IMG/VR virus record: IMGVR_UViG_3300030397_000745
Span: 1-34,710 of that record
Length of the DNA stretch: 34,710 bases
Strand: one strand, 5' to 3'
Origin: a virus
Taxonomy: Duplodnaviria > Caudoviricetes
The translations under genes and the position numbers were made by a program. This document shows, piece after piece, positions 7,586 to 15,290 of the stretch. Numbering within the stretch: position 1 is the stretch's first letter; each line of letters begins with the position of its first letter. Below the pieces are notes generated by a model that worked only from the letters and a program-made list of their open reading frames with translations, made no database searches and had not been told where the DNA came from.

Positions 7586-9310
7586 TCATTCGATGAACAG
7601 TTCCAAGCTCGTAACCCAATACCTGCGCAGTTCCGTCTTTTTTTGCTTGAATTTCATCCGCCGAAAGTACTGATGAAGGTTCGCAGACTGATATTTCGTG
7701 CCCTTCAGAACGAATTGCTTAAGCGAAGTAACGTTCAGCCACACCTCTTCCCGGGTGGACTGCGGGATGATGCCGCACCGCTCAAGTGCCGCCCATTCGC
7801 GCTCACAATTGATTTCGTCCCGGATTCGCCGACACAACTGAGAGACTGATAATTTCCCCATGCCCGGCCCCGCATCGACGTGGGCAAGCCGAATCGATTC
7901 CATCAATTCCTCCTCGTCCGAGACAGTGTCATCGTCAGACTCAACGGTGTTCATGATGAAATCGTGAAAGACAGTTTCGGCAGACTCGCCCGTGGCCAGG
8001 GAATAGCACGCTGCGGGGACGCTGTACGTCTCACAAGCGCGATTCGTTTTCCCGTGCTTCTCGATGCGCCCCAACTCAATCGCTAATCTGGGGGCATCCT
8101 GGGAAATGTGAAGGGCAACTGTCAAAATACCGATTCCGACATCTCGGCACTGCTCAGGGCTGGGCTGGACAATTTGCTTCACGCCCTTCTCGCGCTCTAA
8201 AAGCTCAAGCTGAATTACCCGGTCAGCATCAGTTTTGGTCAGCAGCCCAGATTCGATGCCGGCCAGCCAGAATATCTGGCTCAGGGCAAACTCAATCCGA
8301 CCATCCCCCTGGCCGGTCCACCGCTCGTCATCCCCGCGGCCGGCCGGACGGATGACCATCTCGTACAAGTCCTTGCGATGCCGGTTCTGGTCAATCTCGT
8401 CCAGAATCGCCACCCGGGAAGCGCCGCGGCACCGCTTCATCGTGCCGATGGCCGTGGTCGAGTGGCTGGCTTTCATTGCCAGCCCGAAAAATAGATTCTG
8501 GACCAAGCGGAAAAAGACGGACTTTCCAGTGCCGGTCCCCCCGGAAAGGAAGACTTGCGGCCGCCACGTCCAGAATTTCTGCAACCAGGTGGCGATTAGC
8601 ATTCCGTAAGCGATGTCCGGGCCGCGCGGGAAACCCCATCGCCACCTGCGCAACAGGTCGAGCGCCTGACGCGAGAACTCGGCAGCGTCGTAGCCATCCA
8701 GCTTCCGAGAGATGTCCTCGTACGCGTACCAGGGCGAAGCCTCAGACACGTTGTAGTAGTGCTCGCCGCGAACCGCCTCGAAGCACTGGGACAATTTCTG
8801 GCCATCCCACACGCCAAGCTCATCCGTGCCGACCAAGACCACCTTGCCGTCTTCCGGCCACAGCCCAAGCCCACGCTTGGAATCCTCGGTCACCTGCGGC
8901 TTATTCGCCGCAATCTCGGCGATGGCCACCCGGACGGATTTCATGCTGTGCTTGTCCCGGGTGGCTTCCTCGGCCACATGCTCCTTGACCTGGCCGCCGG
9001 CAGCCAAGACCAGACTCGCAAATCCCCACTTGTCTATGACCGGGATGGTCGAGTATTTGCGAGTGAAGGTTGAGTAGATTTGGATTTTCTCGCCGTTGAC
9101 CCCGATTACCTGCAAGCCAAGTTGCGTGAGCAAGTCCTGCTGGAACTTCTGCTGCTCTTCCTCGGCTTTGCCCGGCTCGTACGGCACTGCGGCCGCTTTG
9201 AGGGTCTCATAGATGCTTTCGGCATCCTTCCCGTTCTTCCGCAAATCGTTAATCCAGTCACGCAAATCCCAACCTTCCACCGGTGGGATTACCACAGACA
9301 CTTCACCCAT
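7586..9310 (-). CDS. Replicative P-loop helicase carrying the C-terminal end of a TOPRIM domain
   Basis: Walker A GGTGTGKS and Walker B ILDE; N-terminus VSVVIPPVEGWDLRDW is the P...DxxD tail of a TOPRIM domain; GGAG RBS. Confidence 0.8.
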   Translation of the reverse strand: MGEVSVVIPPVEGWDLRDWINDLRKNGKDAESIYETLKAAAVPYEPGKAEEEQQKFQQDLLTQLGLQVIGVNGEKIQIYSTFTRKYSTIPVIDKWGFASLVLAAGGQVKEHVAEEATRDKHSMKSVRVAIAEIAANKPQVTEDSKRGLGLWPEDGKVVLVGTDELGVWDGQKLSQCFEAVRGEHYYNVSEASPWYAYEDISRKLDGYDAAEFSRQALDLLRRWRWGFPRGPDIAYGMLIATWLQKFWTWRPQVFLSGGTGTGKSVFFRLVQNLFFGLAMKASHSTTAIGTMKRCRGASRVAILDEIDQNRHRKDLYEMVIRPAGRGDDERWTGQGDGRIEFALSQIFWLAGIESGLLTKTDADRVIQLELLEREKGVKQIVQPSPEQCRDVGIGILTVALHISQDAPRLAIELGRIEKHGKTNRACETYSVPAACYSLATGESAETVFHDFIMNTVESDDDTVSDEEELMESIRLAHVDAGPGMGKLSVSQLCRRIRDEINCEREWAALERCGIIPQSTREEVWLNVTSLKQFVLKGTKYQSANLHQYFRRMKFKQKKTELRRYWVTSLELFIE

Positions 9311-9399
9311 CCGTGCACTCCGTTCAAAAGTTGGGGCGCGGGCTGCCGGCGCTGACAGAACCGGCCGGCCGTCTTTGGGGCCACGACCACCCGCGCCCC
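9311..9399 (-). other. GC-rich hairpin element between the primase and helicase parts
   Basis: GGGGCGCGGG...CCCGCGCCCC perfect 10-bp outer stem beginning immediately after the primase TGA. Confidence 0.75.
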
Positions 9400-10251
9400 T
9401 CAGACCTGAATCAAGCCCGCAGCTTTGTACGCACCCAGCTGGCCAGTCCTGTTGGCGTCATGGTCGCCAACCACCCACACCCTCTTATCACGCAGCAGAG
9501 CTTCCCATCCGGCCGGGAAAGACCCCGCGCCGCACATGTTCGCAATTGCTACGCTACCGCCCGGAAGGGTGGCAGCTAATGCCAGCGCGTCTGTCGCGCC
9601 CTCGCACTTCCACACCTCGGACGCGTCTCGCAGCTGCTGGACAGAGCCGACGATAATCATCGCATCGCCAGTGCCCCAGACGATTTGCGTTTTCCGCTTG
9701 TCGATGCCACTTCGCGTGCGGATGCGCAGATACTTGTCTGTGACCGGGTAAGCGATGCCCATCGACTCTTCCAGCTTGGCGTTGTATCCGCTGAACACGT
9801 AGCAGTAGTTCATCCGGTATTTGGCGTAGCAGGACCGGGTTCGTCGCACTTGCTCGGGGTCAATCCCATATCGAATCGAGCAGAACTTCTTGATACCGAG
9901 CTCGCGATTGTTCAGCGCAATCAAGTCGCGCGGCCACTTCCCGGGCGGCCGCCCGTTCGCTCGGCCGAGATGAATGCCAAATCGAGACGCCACTCGCTCG
10001 AGCGCTTCTCGGAAGGTGATATCGTTGAGCCACATGAGAGTTGCAAACCCGTCACCGCACTTGGCGCATTGGTTGCAGATGCAAGAGCCGCACCCGTCTT
10101 GGTCGGTAAATCGAAACCTATCCACGCCACCGCACTTAGGACATGGCTGATTGCGGCCGTTGAAGACTTCAATCGAATGGCCAGTCAGCGCGGAAAGTAT
10201 GTCTGCCCATTGGCCGTCCGCTGCCGCACGTACCCTCTCCTTGTCCGTCAT
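9400..10251 (-). CDS. P4-alpha-type primase (Zn-binding domain plus incomplete TOPRIM)
   Basis: W..IL..L...PCPKCGGVDRFRF.D..G.GS.ICNQC...GDG Zn ribbon; CEGATDALA and GDHD TOPRIM motifs. Confidence 0.85.
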   Translation of the reverse strand: MTDKERVRAAADGQWADILSALTGHSIEVFNGRNQPCPKCGGVDRFRFTDQDGCGSCICNQCAKCGDGFATLMWLNDITFREALERVASRFGIHLGRANGRPPGKWPRDLIALNNRELGIKKFCSIRYGIDPEQVRRTRSCYAKYRMNYCYVFSGYNAKLEESMGIAYPVTDKYLRIRTRSGIDKRKTQIVWGTGDAMIIVGSVQQLRDASEVWKCEGATDALALAATLPGGSVAIANMCGAGSFPAGWEALLRDKRVWVVGDHDANRTGQLGAYKAAGLIQV

Positions 10252-10513
10252 TTTTCTTCCCTGATTGGTCTCGGTACGCTTCTGCTAATTCCAACTCAAG
10301 AGCCATGACCCTATCAACCGTGAAACCGTTTTTCTTCCAGAGCCAGACAGCTATCGGGTTGTCCGAAGAATGCACCCATCCTCTATCTCGAAGGAACTGT
10401 TCTTCTTCGATGTCAACTTGTTCTCTGGTCTCGTCCCATTTCAGGTAGAGCTTGTTTATTTCCTCTGGCTCCATTGACCGGACTCGCTTGGTTCGTTCGT
10501 GCTGGCGGGTCAT
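10169..10513 (-). CDS. Hypothetical protein
   Basis: ATGA-coupled to the upstream ORF; the 3' end overlaps the primase start. Confidence 0.5.
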   Translation of the reverse strand: MTRQHERTKRVRSMEPEEINKLYLKWDETREQVDIEEEQFLRDRGWVHSSDNPIAVWLWKKNGFTVDRVMALELELAEAYRDQSGKKNDGQGEGTCGSGRPMGRHTFRADWPFD

Positions 10514-10740
10514 CTCATTAACTCCACTCGCAGGGGCGCGGCAGCTTTCACTCGCTCATGAATGATGTTTCCGTAAACAATCAGCAATTCGCCACCCTCG
10601 ACTACTTGCCGGATAATTTCGCCGGTTTCAGTGTTTGCCCAGACAACGTTGCTCCACTCAAGTCCGTTTGCATCGAAGATACGAATCGGGCCGTGCTTCT
10701 CGTAAGCATCAGGCATTTTGATAATCACAGGTTCTTCCAC
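10510..10740 (-). CDS. Hypothetical protein
   Basis: Fills the operon gap and overlaps both neighbours. Confidence 0.55.
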   Translation of the reverse strand: MEEPVIIKMPDAYEKHGPIRIFDANGLEWSNVVWANTETGEIIRQVVEGGELLIVYGNIIHERVKAAAPLRVELMR

Positions 10741-11456
10741 GCTCGATAGAGCAAGTCAAAAGTTACCAATTCCCCCATCCGACGATTGCCAGCCGCAACC
10801 CAATGCACTCGCGGATAGCGGACTCGCCACGAATTGATGGTGTGCCACACGCTGCGAGGGGATAGCTTCGATTGCCAATCCTTGTCGAACTTCCCAGGGG
10901 CTACTACCTCGAAGTAAGTGGCTTCGATGACGACGAAGGACACCCGGAAGAAGGTGTTCATCGTCTTGACTTGTTTCTTGAAGTCGTCGCGGCCGGCCAG
11001 GGTCCGATAAAGGTCCTCGAGCGACTTTCGCTCGACAGTGATTTCGGGCATGCCATCCACCTGGTAGTCGCCCTCGTCTTCCCTGAGCCGCTTGGTGATT
11101 AGCGGGACGATTAGCTTGCCGCGGCCGGTCGGATTGTCAATTTCCTCGAAGGAATACGGGTATGTCTCATTCGAGTCGACGATGATGCGAAACGGGCAAA
11201 TCTCTTTGACTTCGCCATCGGCCATCGTAGCCCCGCCCACGCGCGATTCGCCAAGATGCCGAGCCCAATACTCGGGCGTATGGTCATCCCTCAAAGCAAT
11301 CCCGCGGCCGGCCAAGTAAAGCCGAATGTGATTGAGGGTGGCCGGACCCACCCCATCAATGGCCACCACTTCCCGGGGGTGGATGCCCTGCCAGTCGCCT
11401 AGCTCGGTGATGCTGAAGTGCTGGCGGACTGCGGCGATCTTTGAGTCGAGGACCAT
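10725..11456 (-). CDS. ERCC4 (XPF/Mus81)-domain nuclease with N-terminal HhH/alphaCTD-like domain
   Basis: IIVDSNE...GDY...VERKSLEDL...VVIEA motif; start at 11456 by TAATG coupling. Confidence 0.8.
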   Translation of the reverse strand: MVLDSKIAAVRQHFSITELGDWQGIHPREVVAIDGVGPATLNHIRLYLAGRGIALRDDHTPEYWARHLGESRVGGATMADGEVKEICPFRIIVDSNETYPYSFEEIDNPTGRGKLIVPLITKRLREDEGDYQVDGMPEITVERKSLEDLYRTLAGRDDFKKQVKTMNTFFRVSFVVIEATYFEVVAPGKFDKDWQSKLSPRSVWHTINSWRVRYPRVHWVAAGNRRMGELVTFDLLYRAWKNL

Positions 11457-11926
11457 TATTCGGCAATTCTTCTGAGCTCGGCAGCCACTTCTGATTCGCC
11501 CTCCAGGGCAAGGACCCCCCTCATGTAACAATGGCTCTTTATCCATGCGGCCCATAAATCATGGTCTGGAATGTATCGCCACTGAATTCCAATCATGGCA
11601 ATCCAATATTCGTCATACCCTGGATTTGCAATCAGTGACTCAGCGGCGTAGCAGAGCTTCTCGAGCACCGCTGTCCCGGACACATTCCAGTTTTTCACCT
11701 GAACAAGGACCCTGACGCTAGAACGTAATTCATAGTCCTGCTTGCCTATTGTCTGAGTGCCCCACGGCTTTACTGTCCTTGGTTGGCTAATAATGCAATT
11801 CGGAGTGAAGTCGCTTTCTCCCTGTCGAAATCCTGCAGCTTCAGCAAGTGAAAGGAAAACATTCTCACCGTGCAGCCCAGACCTAGATGCGTTTCGACCT
11901 CTTGACTTTGTCCTCTTGGCGTTCAT
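11456..11926 (-). CDS. PD-(D/E)XK nuclease superfamily protein
   Basis: SG..GE...QDY...LVQVK..NVSGTA.LEKL.Y pattern of a small restriction-fold family. Confidence 0.6.
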   Translation of the reverse strand: MNAKRTKSRGRNASRSGLHGENVFLSLAEAAGFRQGESDFTPNCIISQPRTVKPWGTQTIGKQDYELRSSVRVLVQVKNWNVSGTAVLEKLCYAAESLIANPGYDEYWIAMIGIQWRYIPDHDLWAAWIKSHCYMRGVLALEGESEVAAELRRIAE

Positions 11927-12458
11927 TCTTTTCCAGTCCTCTTACCAATGAGGATATCGGGCCGTACTGGCAAAACTCGTTTTCAAATGCCTTTCGCCTC
12001 TTGCCAAAATAGATGAATGTGTGGCCGTGCGTGGGTGAATTAGATTCTCCGAATGCATCGTAAAACCTAATTCTTCCCTTCGTGGAGCACATTATGCCTC
12101 CCGATTGATAGGCTCTAATCCACCATTCGGTATCAAGATTGTTGTGCGTCAGGAAAATGGCCTGCCTAAAAGCGCCTGCTGCATATTGTTCGACCAGATG
12201 CTTCACATATGCTGACATCACCGTGGCCGCATACGGGGGATTCAGCCAGACATTGCCCCACCATGGCTTTTGGGTGCCATCGTCATCCTTTGTGTAGAAC
12301 TTGGCAGCCCTGACGATTTCATTTGCTCGCTTGCATGACGCAGGGTCAAGGTCAATTGAGCCCATGACCTTACGTGCCGATTCAACATATTGTGATGGCG
12401 TGTACCATTCCTCCTTGCCAGTCAGAATGGTTGCGACATTTGTATTTCGGTAAATCAC
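11883..12458 (-). CDS. Phage N6-adenine DNA methyltransferase (phage Dam family)
   Basis: EWYTP...IDLDPAS...FYT..DDG...W.G.VWLNPPY...T..WW...GRIRF motif set. Confidence 0.88.
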   Translation of the reverse strand: MIYRNTNVATILTGKEEWYTPSQYVESARKVMGSIDLDPASCKRANEIVRAAKFYTKDDDGTQKPWWGNVWLNPPYAATVMSAYVKHLVEQYAAGAFRQAIFLTHNNLDTEWWIRAYQSGGIMCSTKGRIRFYDAFGESNSPTHGHTFIYFGKRRKAFENEFCQYGPISSLVRGLEKNERQEDKVKRSKRI

Positions 12459-12486
12459 TGCTCAACTCTCTCCTCATGTACCATTC

Positions 12487-12540
12487 AAAAAAACCTTGCC
12501 TTGCCCAGCCTCGCCGCGCCCAGCCCTGCCGCGCCATGCC
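12487..12540 (-). repeat. (GGY-NN)x10 pentamer array ending in a U7 tract; candidate VIPR-like guide RNA
   Basis: Minus strand: GGC-AT GGC-GC GGC-AG GGC-TG GGC-GC GGC-GA GGC-TG GGC-AA GGC-AA GGT-TTTTTT; intergenic. Confidence 0.75.
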
Positions 12541-12545
12541 GCGAG

Positions 12546-12767
12546 TCATTGCTCAACCCTCTCCTCGTGTTCAATCGCCCGGTTTAAATACCACTGCGCT
12601 TTCCTCAGGTCCTCGACCCCATCCTTGTGCTTGTATCGCCACATGTATTTCATTGAGTTGCCCAAGCAGTAACCCACGAACTCATTGGCACCGAGAGCGG
12701 CTTCAATTGCATCGATGCATTCGACGTTGCCCTGCTTGTAATGAAGCGGATTGATTGGGTCATTCAT
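12546..12767 (-). CDS. DUF3310 family protein (T7 gp1.7/SaV-like)
   Basis: INP.HY....ECID.I......F.GYCLGN.MKY.WRYKHK.G.EDLRKA.WYL signature. Confidence 0.9.
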   Translation of the reverse strand: MNDPINPLHYKQGNVECIDAIEAALGANEFVGYCLGNSMKYMWRYKHKDGVEDLRKAQWYLNRAIEHEERVEQ

Positions 12768-12829
12768 TGCGCGTCCTCAGCTAAGAATTTTTCCAGCCGC
12801 TTGATTGCCCTGCCCTCAAGCAATTTCAT
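12764..12829 (-). CDS. 21-aa mini-ORF
   Basis: MKLLEGRAIKRLEKFLAEDAQ, with ATGA overlaps at both ends. Confidence 0.5.
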   Translation of the reverse strand: MKLLEGRAIKRLEKFLAEDAQ

Positions 12830-13032
12830 TTGTTCACGCTGGAGTGAAACGCAGACAGTGACTCGTATTTACTGCAAATGGCATCATTAATTCCATCACA
12901 CTTTAAGAGCAGCTTCATCGTGTCTGACGCGCAGTAGCCACCAGCTTGCTTGTGCCAAACTTTAGCCCAGTCATATAGCAGTACAAAACACTTCTCGAGC
13001 TCGGTCGGTTTTTCGCTGGAATCTGCCATCAT
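12826..13032 (-). CDS. Hypothetical protein
   Basis: ATGATG start (13032 or 13029) after GGGAAGGA, downstream of the terminator-like hairpin. Confidence 0.5.
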   Translation of the reverse strand: MMADSSEKPTELEKCFVLLYDWAKVWHKQAGGYCASDTMKLLLKCDGINDAICSKYESLSAFHSSVNK

Positions 13033-13040
13033 TCCTTCCC

Positions 13041-13107
13041 AAAAAAAGCCCGCCCCCACCCTCGGCCGAATGGGGCAGGAAAACGGCCTGCGGGCAGGGG
13101 GCGGGGC
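13041..13107 (-). terminator. Long GC hairpin plus U7 (intrinsic terminator-like)
   Basis: CCCGCCCCC...GGGGGCGGG stem with an inner GGCCG/CGGCC stem, followed by TTTTTTT, just after the RecD2-C stop. Confidence 0.6.
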
Positions 13108-13111
13108 CGCA

Positions 13112-14389
13112 CTAGTTCTTCACTAGCAATCCATAGTGCAATTCAACCGCGAATGTCTTCCGCTTGTTCAGGTGGCTTCGCCTCGCATAGTCCTGCAATG
13201 CGTATGGCTGGCCAATCAGCACGCACAGCTTTTGGGCACGGCTCGCAGCTGTCATGAGCCAATGCCGGTCGCAGACCCATTGGGCACCGTAGGATTCGTC
13301 ACAAATCACAATCACCGCCGGCCACTCGGCCCCCTGGGATTTGTGACAGCTAATTGCATAAGCCAGGTCCCACTTCTTGCCTTCACTCGCAGTCTCGCCG
13401 ATTGTCTTCACGTACCTCAGCGGGTCCGTCAACTTGACCACTGAATAGCCAGGATGGACTTCGGTCACTGCGCCTTGCTCGCCATTGGCCACATAGACCT
13501 TGCCATCGCGAACTTCCTTCAGGTCACCGAATCCTGACGAGCGATACCACCCGTTTTTCAAGCAAGTCACCTTGTCGGCCACCCGGAAAGGATTGCCGTC
13601 TGCTCGTTCGCCGTCTGGGTTCAGGTAGTCTCGCAACCATCGGTTCAATGGCTCTCGCGAGACTGGCGATTTATTGTTCATGGCGGTTATCACCTGCACA
13701 TCCCAAACTAGGTCCACACTCAACAAGCTGGCCACTTTGCCAATCCAGGGCAGCACGCTGGCCAACTGAGCGCCTGGACTTGTTGCACGCGTGTCGACAA
13801 CAAGGTTCTGCTCGGGGAGTTCAATTTCATGCGGCATGGGCAACTGAGAGCCGTCAGCAATCGCTTTGCAGAATTCGACAATAGCACCAGCGTTGCGATG
13901 GATTTCGGTCAGTCGCCCCCGGGGAATGGACATCTGCAGCATGTCTCGCAAGGGGGCACCGTGGCCGACTGGTGGCAGCTGGTGCGGGTCGCCAATAAAA
14001 AGGAACTTGCTGCCGCGGCGCCTGGCCGACATCAGTCGAGCCATCAGGTCGGCCGAGACCATCGAGGATTCATCGATAAAGACAAAGTCTTCCTCAAGCG
14101 GATTCGCCCCGTTGCGACCGAAGCCATCGAATCCGTATTCGAGCAAACGATGAATGGTGGTCGCGACCGTGTCCACGCCCATCGCTCGAAGCGATTCGGT
14201 CATGCGTCTCGCGGCCTTGCCCGTGGGTGCGGCACATGCGAACTTCTGCAGGTCTAGGGTCCGCATGTAGTGGGCTATGGTCGTCGTTTTTCCGGTCCCG
14301 GGGCCACCGACCAGCATGCCCACCATTCCCCGGGTGGCGTCACTCAGCGCGGCCAGCTGGTGGCCAGTCAGCTCACAAGCCGTACTCAT
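13112..14389 (-). CDS. recD2: RecD2-like SF1B helicase, C-terminal (motor) half
   Basis: GGPGTGKTT, APTGKAARR, IHRLL, IDESSMV, GDPHQLPPVG, NGEQG, AYAISCHKSQGAEW; ATG at 14389 with AAGGGG RBS. Confidence 0.9.
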   Translation of the reverse strand: MSTACELTGHQLAALSDATRGMVGMLVGGPGTGKTTTIAHYMRTLDLQKFACAAPTGKAARRMTESLRAMGVDTVATTIHRLLEYGFDGFGRNGANPLEEDFVFIDESSMVSADLMARLMSARRRGSKFLFIGDPHQLPPVGHGAPLRDMLQMSIPRGRLTEIHRNAGAIVEFCKAIADGSQLPMPHEIELPEQNLVVDTRATSPGAQLASVLPWIGKVASLLSVDLVWDVQVITAMNNKSPVSREPLNRWLRDYLNPDGERADGNPFRVADKVTCLKNGWYRSSGFGDLKEVRDGKVYVANGEQGAVTEVHPGYSVVKLTDPLRYVKTIGETASEGKKWDLAYAISCHKSQGAEWPAVIVICDESYGAQWVCDRHWLMTAASRAQKLCVLIGQPYALQDYARRSHLNKRKTFAVELHYGLLVKN

Positions 14390-15290
14390 CAAATCCCCTT
14401 TCGCAGTGTGCGTGGGTAAGGTCAGACACGTAGCTTGCCTCATCCTCGGCGTTGACAGTCAGTGCATAGTAGGTCGTGCCATCTCGGTCTATGTGGTCGA
14501 TGAGCAAGTAGCACTCAATTGCACTGGCTATTGCCTTGTCAACTGAACCGCCCGCCATGTTTTCGACCATGAACCTTGAAATCGCAGCGTATGCGACCCA
14601 GGTAGACCCGCTCGTATCCGATTCAACGGCGTAAGCCGCACAGTGCATCTGCCGCTCTGGTGCGTTTAACGGCTTGCCGAGACGCTGCCAAAGGGCATCG
14701 CACTTTTTAAATCCGCAGCCCTTGAAGACTCGCAAGCAGAATGGTGATTCCCGAATCATCGCAGGGGCTCGCTCGCCCCACTCGTCTATCACCTCGCGAT
14801 TGAGCGACTTCGGAAATCCAATGCCGTGCAGCAGCTCGTCAACGGCCATGGTGAGCTTTTCAATTCGCCTGCCGGCTTGCAATTGTTCAGATAATGCTCG
14901 GCACACTTCCCGGGAAAGGTCGCACCGTTCAGCGACTATGCCCGGGTCAGTGCGAATCTCGTCTAGCGAGTCCTCGCCGAACTCTTGGACGATACGCTTC
15001 GCACCAACCTGGCCAATGCCCCGATACCTTTGCAGGTATCGCTCGATGGCCGGCTCGCTGATGGGTGTGCTGTGAGCGAACGAGCTAAACTTGAACTGCT
15101 TTCCGAATCGCGGGTGCTCGACCCACGTGCCAAGGAATCGATAATGCTCGCCAGAGCAGAGTTCACCTTCCCGGGCGGTGCCGACCACCGTTCGGAAATC
15201 GTCAAGCTCGCCGACAATCCAACGGTCTTCGCCCTCGCCAAGCACGATGACTTCCCGGAAAAATGCCGCCGTTAACTCTTCAGAAGTCAC
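14373..15290 (-). CDS. recD2: RecD2-like helicase, N-terminal (OB/HhH) half
   Basis: G.W.EHPRFG.QF, I..YL....GIG...A.RIV..FG, IRESPF.L....G.GFK.CD, ER; GTG at 15290 with GAGGAGG RBS. Confidence 0.85.
   Translation of the reverse strand: MTSEELTAAFFREVIVLGEGEDRWIVGELDDFRTVVGTAREGELCSGEHYRFLGTWVEHPRFGKQFKFSSFAHSTPISEPAIERYLQRYRGIGQVGAKRIVQEFGEDSLDEIRTDPGIVAERCDLSREVCRALSEQLQAGRRIEKLTMAVDELLHGIGFPKSLNREVIDEWGERAPAMIRESPFCLRVFKGCGFKKCDALWQRLGKPLNAPERQMHCAAYAVESDTSGSTWVAYAAISRFMVENMAGGSVDKAIASAIECYLLIDHIDRDGTTYYALTVNAEDEASYVSDLTHAHCERGFDEYGL

Noticed and set aside
7027-7673. ORFs crossing the putative origin (poly-HT and poly-L translations)
   Set aside because: They are products of the microsatellites and iterons, not credible proteins.
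9300-9405. Classical matched-codon translational bypass (T4 gene 60 type)
   Set aside because: The take-off codon GTC has no in-frame match near the helicase start, and an RBS with ATG exists. It is kept only as an unproven alternative.
14373-14443. Programmed -1 frameshift joining the RecD2 halves
   Set aside because: Fusion needs a +1 shift, and AAAGGGG is not phased as X XXY YYZ; it reads better as the RBS of the second gene.
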